A stretch of 64,000 nucleotides of DNA, taken from Chlamydiia bacterium. GTDB taxonomy: Bacteria > Chlamydiota > Chlamydiia > Chlamydiales > Rhabdochlamydiaceae. Position numbers and translations under genes: made by a program. The stretch lies in contig JAJPIB010000032.1 of assembly GCA_021324995.1 (NCBI GenBank), positions 3,671 through 67,670 on the forward strand. The letters run 5' to 3'. The notes beneath the pieces were generated by a model. It was given only the letters and a program-made list of their open reading frames with translations, was not told where the DNA came from and made no database searches. Numbering within the stretch: position 1 is the stretch's first letter; every line of letters starts with the position of its first letter. Positions 55,373-62,534 of this stretch are shown one piece after another.

Positions 55373-55397
55373 TATTCTTGAATCATTTTCGGTATAA
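55373..55397. repeat. Solo terminal repeat of MITE subfamily B
   Basis: ttcttgaatcattttcggtata is identical to the right end of the element in dtd. No matching left arm lies nearby. Confidence 0.5.
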
Positions 55398-55412
55398 CCC
55401 CAGAGTAGATGC

Positions 55413-55619
55413 TCAAATGGGGTAGGACTCTGGAAGTAGATGGGGAGTTGGCTCAACAGAGCGTTTTTGCCATATATCAGAGTTTTTCAATTCCTTCTCT
55501 GGGATAATTGAAAAAAGCATTCGGTAATTTTCAAGAAATTCAATAATTTGGTCCGAGGTCGTCCCTTGACAACGACTGAGATATTCCGCAGTGAAATATT
55601 GAATAGTTTTTTTATTCAT
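55413..55619 (-). CDS. Small hypothetical protein overlapping the nucleotidyltransferase gene
   Basis: A 68-aa ORF whose start overlaps the upstream ORF's stop by 8 nt. No motif recognised. Confidence 0.4.
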   Translation of the reverse strand: MNKKTIQYFTAEYLSRCQGTTSDQIIEFLENYRMLFSIIPEKELKNSDIWQKRSVEPTPHLLPESYPI

Positions 55620-56079
55620 GCAAAAAACTCAGGGCTTTTGCGTCTTCTAAATCTTGAGGTCGACCTGATGCTTGTTTCATTTTGATCAGATCATTTAACG
55701 CCAAAATCTGGATGGAGCCCAGGGAAGTTTTAACGACTTTCGGATTAGATGCGTTTTTGAGATCATAGTTGATAATGATATCCACTTGATTAAGTGGATT
55801 AGAGGTGTCGTAGAAATTCCAAGCGATCAAGTTGCGATTCTGGATGTACTCCTCTCTAAAATGGAACAAAGTCTCTGCATTAATCGGAAGCAAAGAGACA
55901 AGCCCCATTTGTTTAAACGCCTTTTCTACGTCTTGGAGGTTTTTCAACGACCATTCAATGACGACATCGACATCAACCGTTCCTCTAATAGCTCCATGCA
56001 ATGCAACCGCATACCCACCAACGATAGCATAGGAAACTTTAGCTTTATCTAAAGCGGAACAAATGTCGTGAATAAACAT
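55612..56079 (-). CDS. Minimal nucleotidyltransferase-fold protein
   Basis: AIVGGYAVALHGAIRGTVDVDVVI fits the G[GS]-x(9-13)-D-x-D signature of Pol-beta-superfamily minimal nucleotidyltransferases. 155 aa. Confidence 0.65.
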   Translation of the reverse strand: MFIHDICSALDKAKVSYAIVGGYAVALHGAIRGTVDVDVVIEWSLKNLQDVEKAFKQMGLVSLLPINAETLFHFREEYIQNRNLIAWNFYDTSNPLNQVDIIINYDLKNASNPKVVKTSLGSIQILALNDLIKMKQASGRPQDLEDAKALSFLHE

Positions 56080-56113
56080 GCCTCTCCATTCCTCATAGGG
56101 TGCATTGTTAGCA

Positions 56114-56275
56114 TATACTGATGCTTGAAAGTTGGGGAATTTGCCAACGCTGAAGGCGGCAGATTGTATCCGAGCCCGCCCAGGCTACTATTGGGAAATA
56201 GAGCCTGGGCGGGTTGGATGCGCAGATGCCCCTTCGGCTAAGGCAAAACTCCAACTTTCAAGTGGAAGCAGTATA
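56114..56275. mobile_element. MITE-like palindromic element, subfamily C (with flanking TA)
   Basis: tactgatgcttgaaagttggggaatttgccaacgc... versus the reverse complement of ...ggcaaaactccaactttcaagtggaagcagta. The core is a palindrome (cgagcccgcccaggct...agcctgggcgggttgg). TA lies at 56114-56115 and 56274-56275. Confidence 0.75.
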
Positions 56276-56453
56276 TACTGCTATTTAACATGCTGTCAAG
56301 AAAGACCTTGGCGTTTTCAAGTCAAAAAATTGCGAGAGTTGGAATCCTTTCTGGCGAGTCCGCCTACCGGCGGCACGTCCAGAAAGCCGGGTTTAGCCCC
56401 TTCAGGGACCTCACTTCGATTCCCAGACGAAAGCCAAATCGTTGACTTTCTTT

Positions 56454-56494
56454 CCGGCCAAAATAACCCACCAGAGGTGGGTTATTTTGGCCGG
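56454..56494. other. Perfect 18-19 bp hairpin overlapping the start of the tRNA-Phe fragment
   Basis: ccggccaaaataacccacc (56454-56472) pairs with ggtgggttattttggccgg (56476-56494). Confidence 0.6.
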
Positions 56495-56531
56495 AACTGG
56501 AATCGAACCAGCGACACAAGGATTTTCAGTC
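56486..56531 (-). repeat. 46-bp direct repeat identical to the 3' half of tRNA-Phe (att-like)
   Basis: tttggccggaactggaatcgaaccagcgacacaaggattttcagtc is identical to 62385-62430. That segment covers the tRNA-Phe from the anticodon loop to the 3' end plus 2 nt. Confidence 0.85.
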
Positions 56532-56729
56532 TTTAAAAACCCTATCCGGCAATTACTCTAGATGATCTAAAATCACCTTACGTTGCCGAATCATAAAGGG
56601 AAAATGGATTATTTTCGAGGAAAGTTTGTCAAGCAACGGTAATCAAGTTCAAGCCTGGGAAGTTGGCTATTCCGGATGAAAATGATGCATTTAAGTACCC
56701 TCTAAGGAAATTCTTTAGAGGGTATGATA

Positions 56730-58283
56730 CTATAAGGCTCTTTTCCCACTATATCTTATCACCACTCTTGCCATTTGGTTAGGGACATATGAATAGGGAA
56801 TGATTTGCTGATCTATTAATCGTAATGTTTCTGGTTTAGCCCCCTGATCGATTGCCTTCTGCTTGGCCTTTTCATAAAGTTGATTTAATACTTCCTCTCG
56901 ATTTTGTAAGCTGACGACTGTATCAATGGTGCCTGAGATTTCCGAAAGTGCTGCTCCATAAGCATTCGCAACGTTAAAGAACGCGGGCATTTGATATCCT
57001 TCCTGAAAATACGAAGAAGGGAGTAATGCTGATCCACCACCTACAAAAACGACAGGGATATTTTTGTGTTCTCCTTGAATATTTGCTATCAATACATCCA
57101 ATTGAACTTTAATTTTTTTGAAAACCACACTCGCTCTATCTAAGTCAAGACAAACTAGATCAGGGTTGGATTCTTTTATTTCCAAATTTCCAATACGAAG
57201 AGCAACATCCGTCAGTGTAAGCTCAGCACCCCCAAAGCAAAGGGCTTTTGAAGTGAGCTCTTTAGCCACACTGTTTGGCCCTACGAAGGGTTGATCTGCA
57301 TCGAAACACACAGTACTTCCTCCGCCTAAAGCTATAGAGAGAACATCAGGCATTGAAAAATTGAGAGAAACACCGCCTATATTTGATTTGTTTAAGCTTC
57401 GGATGGGAAATCCTTTACGTACTAATCCAACATCAGTGGAAGTTCCTCCAATATCGACAACAATGGCATTTTCCAGCCCCGCAAGGCGCACCCCTCCGAT
57501 GAATGAATTCGTAGGTCCTGCTGAAATAGTAAGCACTGGGTAGTCAATAGCCCTTTGGATTTCAATAAGGCTTCCATCATTTTGCGTAATCATTAAAGGA
57601 CATGTGAGCTTGAGGCTTGTACAAGCTGCTTGCAGAGAGTAAAAACCCTTTTGCATCACCTGCTTTAAGGCGGCATTGAGAATGGTGGAGTTTTCCCTTT
57701 CAATAAATCCAATGCCTCCAATTTCATGAGAGAGTGAAATCGGAAAATCAGAGCCTGCTATTTCTTTTACCAAATCCGAAACAACCTGCTCTTGATAGCC
57801 GTTTAGAGGGGAGAAAACGCCTATAATAGCTATACTATTCACTTCTTTTTTAAGAAGAGATTGAATAGCTCTACGAGCCTCTTCTGTACAGAGATCGGTT
57901 AAAGTGCCTCCGTGACATTCTAATCCTCCGCTGATTGTTTCTACTCCTCCGATAACAGCATTTTTTAGCTCTTCAGGCCATGCAAAGCCTACGGGTAGTG
58001 TTTCTGGCCTTTGTCCTGCAATCCGAATCACTCCAACGCGGAATAAATCCCTTTTTTGCAAAATGGCGTTTGTTGCATGGGTTGTCCCTAAAAAGATACC
58101 TTGAATTTGCTCTGGGTTAATAGCTGACTGTTCTATTAAACTGTTTAAAGCAACCCCAAATCCCAGACTGATGTCTTCTGTGGTGGTTGTTTTTACAGCG
58201 CAAACAATCTTGTTTTGTTCATCCAGAAGAACGGCGTCCGTATTTGTTCCTCCAATATCCATCCCAATAATGTACTTTGTCAT
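56730..58283 (-). CDS. Hydantoinase A / oxoprolinase-family (ASKHA-fold) protein
   Basis: IIGMDIGGTNTDAVLL at the N-terminus and a second phosphate-binding motif VVDIGGTSTDVGL, a layout typical of HyuA-type proteins. Confidence 0.8.
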   Translation of the reverse strand: MTKYIIGMDIGGTNTDAVLLDEQNKIVCAVKTTTTEDISLGFGVALNSLIEQSAINPEQIQGIFLGTTHATNAILQKRDLFRVGVIRIAGQRPETLPVGFAWPEELKNAVIGGVETISGGLECHGGTLTDLCTEEARRAIQSLLKKEVNSIAIIGVFSPLNGYQEQVVSDLVKEIAGSDFPISLSHEIGGIGFIERENSTILNAALKQVMQKGFYSLQAACTSLKLTCPLMITQNDGSLIEIQRAIDYPVLTISAGPTNSFIGGVRLAGLENAIVVDIGGTSTDVGLVRKGFPIRSLNKSNIGGVSLNFSMPDVLSIALGGGSTVCFDADQPFVGPNSVAKELTSKALCFGGAELTLTDVALRIGNLEIKESNPDLVCLDLDRASVVFKKIKVQLDVLIANIQGEHKNIPVVFVGGGSALLPSSYFQEGYQMPAFFNVANAYGAALSEISGTIDTVVSLQNREEVLNQLYEKAKQKAIDQGAKPETLRLIDQQIIPYSYVPNQMARVVIRYSGKRAL

Positions 58284-58286
58284 AAA

Positions 58287-59360
58287 TTAACCTCCTATGA
58301 TTGTTTGCAAAATGGATTGATAGTCGATTTCATACCCAAAGGCTTTGGGTCCTACAAGTTTAAGACCTTCTGATGTTTGCCAAATGTCTGGAGCAGGAAG
58401 GACAATAAGAGCAACTTGGAGTCCGTATCGTAGCATTTCGCTAGTCAATGGAGTGCCGCTATTTTCATCCAATAAGACCAAAATATCTGGTGTAGAAGCC
58501 AGAACTTCGGACCCTTTTTTGGCGAGCAGATATTCATTTTGATAGAACAGCTCAATTTTTTCTTTATCGCATAGAAGAGTCACGGAACCTTGTAAAAATC
58601 CGTCTTTTACTTCTTGATTCACATCAATAAGAGTACCACGTCCTATTGTCACTCCGTTTGAGCTTTGGATAAGAGCTTGAATAGGGTCTTTCCCTGCTTC
58701 TCGGGCAGTCCTGATAGCACTCCCTAAGCTCAAGGCTTTTGATAAACTGCCTGTAACTACACTTCCAGGGACCTCAGTTCCTTTCATTAGGTAGAACCCT
58801 ACCGCACTACTAGACCCCATAGATACGGTCACTGACCTTGCTATTCTTTCCAAAGTCTTAGCATTTGAGGTTTCAATAATTACACGATTACCTAGACAGT
58901 CCACCATGACAGCGGGGGTGCTTTCAAGATTGTTTAAATAACAGCTACTCATCTGCAATTCAGGAAAGGCTCTGCCAATCATATCGGCATCTAAGACTGG
59001 CAATTTTAATTTTGCTGCAGCCAATAACGGTGTAAAAGCATTTGCTCCTCCAATTTCAGCCGCCATTAAAACAGTCGGTTTACGTCCTAATCTGTCTTCA
59101 ATAGTTTGAAGAAGAATGTCTAATTCATTGCCACTGGATAATCTTTCCATGTTGATGAGAGGAGCTCCCATCTGCGAAAGAGGTACTATTAAATCATCTT
59201 CTTGCAGCTCATCCACTGTGATTATTTTTATAGGACCATATTTTTCGATGAGATAGCGAGTCATTAAAGCAGCATAAGATGGATCGCCGCCACCTCCTGA
59301 GCCCAAGACAGCACTTCCTAGACTTAGGTTTTCTAAATCATTAACCGTCAATTTTTTCAT
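58287..59360 (-). CDS. DUF917-family protein
   Basis: LGSAVLGSGGGGDPSYA near the N-terminus and a length of ~357 aa fit my recollection of DUF917, a family usually found next to hydantoinase-like genes. Confidence 0.7.
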   Translation of the reverse strand: MKKLTVNDLENLSLGSAVLGSGGGGDPSYAALMTRYLIEKYGPIKIITVDELQEDDLIVPLSQMGAPLINMERLSSGNELDILLQTIEDRLGRKPTVLMAAEIGGANAFTPLLAAAKLKLPVLDADMIGRAFPELQMSSCYLNNLESTPAVMVDCLGNRVIIETSNAKTLERIARSVTVSMGSSSAVGFYLMKGTEVPGSVVTGSLSKALSLGSAIRTAREAGKDPIQALIQSSNGVTIGRGTLIDVNQEVKDGFLQGSVTLLCDKEKIELFYQNEYLLAKKGSEVLASTPDILVLLDENSGTPLTSEMLRYGLQVALIVLPAPDIWQTSEGLKLVGPKAFGYEIDYQSILQTIIGG

Positions 59361-60567
59361 AAGTTTTTCTCCTTTGATAAATAAGATTTAAAGTTATTTG
59401 TGTTAAAAATGATGTGAGGAAAGCGTCCATGGCAGGAATACCTGTTGTCCACCATTGCAGCACTGAGGAGGATATGCTGATTACAACCCCTATAGACCAG
59501 CTCACAAGAGATAACTGCGGAATCGGTGTGTAGTTTGTAGTCGTCCTTTCCATGAGATAGTTAGCAAGAATAACAGCTCCCATTCCTCCGATGGTAATCC
59601 CTAAAAAATCAAGAACGGACTCAATGTTTCCTAGAGGGTTAAAACAGGCGATCAAAGTGCCGATTCCTCCTAAAGCAATGGCTCGAATCCAAATAGGAAA
59701 CGTGGCTGAGAATGAAAAGGAAGAAGCAATAGAGGAATACAAATTTGCATTGTTTGTTTGCCATCCTGATATTAGAACAAAACAGCAGGTCCACATCGCC
59801 CACAAAGCGCCGTGTCCTATTTGCAGCGTATCCAAGATGGAATTTCCTCCTATGATAGAGAAAAGATAGACCCCAATGGTTTCAATTAAAGGAACTACTA
59901 TCCCATAGAGTAAAAGAATGCAGAGCTTTGCATCTTTTTTTGATTTTGCGTGTCTAAAAAAGGTTGGCAGATCAATCACCGCTGCAATATTAGCTCCAAT
60001 CACTAAAGAAAGACCGGAAACCCATGAGATAGGTAGAGAAGTAATAGGCGGAATGACTCCTCCAGCTGAAAAAGCAGCATAAAGAAGAGTAATTCCTAAC
60101 AGGGGGGCGCTAATGTAAGACAAGTTCTTCATCGCTTTCATGCCAAAGCACATGATCAAGCTGATGATTAGACCCATTCCAATATTGATAGGAAGAAAGG
60201 GAATGGAAAAACCTAATCCACTAAATAACTGGGCTGCACTTAAGCTCATTACATTCAATTGAATGCCAAACCAACCTAACATGGAAAGGATCATTACAAA
60301 TCCAAAAAGCCACTTGCCTGTCTTGCCAAAATAAGTTGTAGCGTGTTCCACGGTGCTTTGCGGACGGTATGTGCTCAAAGAAGCTAAAAGGTAACCCAAA
60401 ACCAATAAAAACAGATTGCCGGTGCCTACACTCAGTAATGCAGCAACCCATCCAAATTTTTGACAGACAAGACTACCAATCATGATAACGGGGAGACAGA
60501 TTGTCCCCCCAGTTTGGATACTTAACAGTTGCCACCAGGATTGTTTTTTAACATTGCAAGTACTCAT
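59341..60567 (-). CDS. NCS1-type (cytosine/purine/hydantoin-like) permease
   Basis: 408 aa with ~12 TM segments. The N-terminal WWQLLSIQTGGTICLPVIMIG is typical of CodB-like permeases. Confidence 0.75.
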   Translation of the reverse strand: MSTCNVKKQSWWQLLSIQTGGTICLPVIMIGSLVCQKFGWVAALLSVGTGNLFLLVLGYLLASLSTYRPQSTVEHATTYFGKTGKWLFGFVMILSMLGWFGIQLNVMSLSAAQLFSGLGFSIPFLPINIGMGLIISLIMCFGMKAMKNLSYISAPLLGITLLYAAFSAGGVIPPITSLPISWVSGLSLVIGANIAAVIDLPTFFRHAKSKKDAKLCILLLYGIVVPLIETIGVYLFSIIGGNSILDTLQIGHGALWAMWTCCFVLISGWQTNNANLYSSIASSFSFSATFPIWIRAIALGGIGTLIACFNPLGNIESVLDFLGITIGGMGAVILANYLMERTTTNYTPIPQLSLVSWSIGVVISISSSVLQWWTTGIPAMDAFLTSFLTQITLNLIYQRRKTYEKIDG

Positions 60568-60906
60568 CTATACATCCTCTTCAAGATAACCCATGATTTG
60601 AGTCACAACTCGCTGAGGCCATTCTTCTATAGAGCGTTCTGGCAGAAAAGTTTGTATAACCCTCTCTGCTAATTTGGCTTTTAATACGATTTGGGGAAGT
60701 TTTCCAACTGTCATTGGATAAACGTGTTGGATGAAAAATGTGCTGGGATTTTCTAAAGCATATCCATTGGCACGAGCCATTTTTCGATAGCTCTCGAATT
60801 CTTCATCTCCTAGCTCTTCAATCCTTCGATCTTCTTTAGGATCGGGGTATTGCCTGTGGTCAGCTGCTCCTGCGAGAATAACCCCTAAGTTCAGCGCTGA
60901 GACCAC
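60568..60906 (-). CDS. Hypothetical protein (GTG start; possibly the 3' part of a frameshifted gene)
   Basis: 112-aa ORF. The same frame stays open 183 nt further upstream (to 61089) without any ATG, GTG or TTG, and it overlaps the end of the upstream ORF. Confidence 0.4.
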   Translation of the reverse strand: MVSALNLGVILAGAADHRQYPDPKEDRRIEELGDEEFESYRKMARANGYALENPSTFFIQHVYPMTVGKLPQIVLKAKLAERVIQTFLPERSIEEWPQRVVTQIMGYLEEDV

Positions 60907-61057
60907 ACTCTTCCATGCTGCTGGAGAGGGTAATGAGGTTGATGCAACAACTCCCTGTACAACGATTGCTGATGAGACTAAATCGCTTGGGTAAGGAGTG
61001 ATTGCTTCATAAGTTTGATTTCGACTGTTTAGATTTGATTTAAAAAAGACACATTCT

Positions 61058-61852
61058 TCACGAACAATGAAGATACTCCATGTCCTTTGCTAAGAATTTA
61101 GCACCAACTACAAGAGGAACACCCATTTTTTGTGCTGCCAAAAGAAGGGTCTTATAGGTCCAAAACATAGGAACGCACGGCAAACTGTTATAGCTAATTG
61201 TAAAACGATCTGAACTCATCTCTTCTAATTGCCCATCACCTAAAGCCCTTGCCTGTTCACGCACAAAGCCTACGGAGGCTATTGACAAAAGTTGTCGTGT
61301 TTTTCTAACAAGGTTGTCAGTAAAACTTGTTGAGACGTCTTTTTCAAATTGTTTCAATTTTTTCGGATCAGCTGCGTCATTTCTACATAAAGGAGAGGAC
61401 GCTTTCGATGCTTTTACTGTTTTTGCAACAGAGAGTAGGAAAGATTCCACTAAGAAGAGCTCATCGGCTGTTAGGGCAATATCTAACCCTTGTTCTTGCA
61501 ACAACGTTTGTAAAGAGACCCCACTTTTCATGAGGGGGTTCAAAGACTTGGATAACTTTTCCATCTTCTGCTGAGCTATTGAGATTTGAGCTTGAACGGA
61601 GTCAATCGCTTCCAAATATCTAGGAAAGGCCATTGCAATTTTAACCGCGCGAATTTGGCAGGCATTTTCCCCAACAACAGCATCAAATTGTTCTAGATCA
61701 CCTCTCTGCACAGCCATCATTGCTTGTTTTGTTGCGGTTAAAAGCAAGCTGTACTCTTTAAGCCCTGTTCTCAGGCTTCCATTAATTTTAGTAGAAGCCT
61801 CATAGGGCAATAGCTCGCTTAAAAAGTTTTTTTGAATAACTAAGCTAGTCAT
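61058..61852 (-). CDS. Hypothetical protein
   Basis: A 264-aa helical ORF with no recognised motif. Confidence 0.55.
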   Translation of the reverse strand: MTSLVIQKNFLSELLPYEASTKINGSLRTGLKEYSLLLTATKQAMMAVQRGDLEQFDAVVGENACQIRAVKIAMAFPRYLEAIDSVQAQISIAQQKMEKLSKSLNPLMKSGVSLQTLLQEQGLDIALTADELFLVESFLLSVAKTVKASKASSPLCRNDAADPKKLKQFEKDVSTSFTDNLVRKTRQLLSIASVGFVREQARALGDGQLEEMSSDRFTISYNSLPCVPMFWTYKTLLLAAQKMGVPLVVGAKFLAKDMEYLHCS

Positions 61853-62008
61853 AAAATCTCCATATATGTTTGTACTCTTTTCATGATCATTGCATGAAAA
61901 GAATGGTTTTTAAAAGTTTCTGTTTTGAGTGGTTATTAACAAAAGAACATGGGGTTCTTAAGTCAATAAAACCAGATCAAAAAATATCTAAAAAATTTAG
62001 GAAAAAAA

Positions 62009-62137
62009 TTAATGAGCGAGATGCTCATGATGAGAAGAATGATGATGAACGCGTACAGAGCTTGATAAGATGTACATAGATAGACCAGACTTAGCCGAAT
62101 ACGGCCTTGCCCCACAGTCAAATTGTTCTTGTTTCAT
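62009..62137 (-). CDS. Possible 42-aa His-rich peptide
   Basis: An ORF below the track's size cut-off: MKQEQFDCGARPYSAKSGLSMYILSSSVRVHHHSSHHEHLAH*. It is preceded by aaggag 6 nt upstream of the ATG. Confidence 0.3.
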   Translation of the reverse strand: MKQEQFDCGARPYSAKSGLSMYILSSSVRVHHHSSHHEHLAH

Positions 62138-62386
62138 AACTTCTCCTTAAATGGATTGCCTATGCTATCAAGCACAAGCGGCTTAATTATACACAATTTT
62201 GGGTTTTTATGTCTATAAAAACACATCTCACTTATTATAAAATATTTATATTTGACTCATAAAGGGGCATAAGAACTTTTCTTTAGGACTATTGGGGAAG
62301 AGGCGGGTACTTCCCTGATAAAAAAAGGAAATCTAGAATTCCGGACATATTCCGGATCGTTTACACCGGTAAGAGCGTAAAAGGTT

Positions 62387-62459
<73 letters not shown>

Positions 62460-62534
62460 AGGATACTTGTAAATAAAACAAGTACAGGAGGATAGACTTT
62501 TGGTGGATTTTAGGCAATGGATTTTGCTACAGCA

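Larger units (their letters stand above)
56532..62384. mobile_element. Putative tRNA-Phe-associated genomic islet (no integrase present)
   Basis: Bounded by the complete tRNA-Phe and a same-orientation 46-bp copy of its 3' half. All genes inside are on the tRNA strand. A 530-bp AT-rich non-coding stretch lies next to the tRNA. Confidence 0.45.

Noticed and set aside
56132-56536. 134-aa plus-strand ORF
   Set aside because: It is composed entirely of the subfamily C MITE, structured spacer DNA, the boundary hairpin and the tRNA-Phe fragment. It has no coding signal.
61853-62384. Integrase or recombinase gene next to tRNA-Phe
   Set aside because: No ORF longer than about 70 codons occurs on either strand, and I could not see any Tyr-recombinase motif (R...HxxR...Y). 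Only decayed remnants, if any, could be present. This needs a tBLASTn check.
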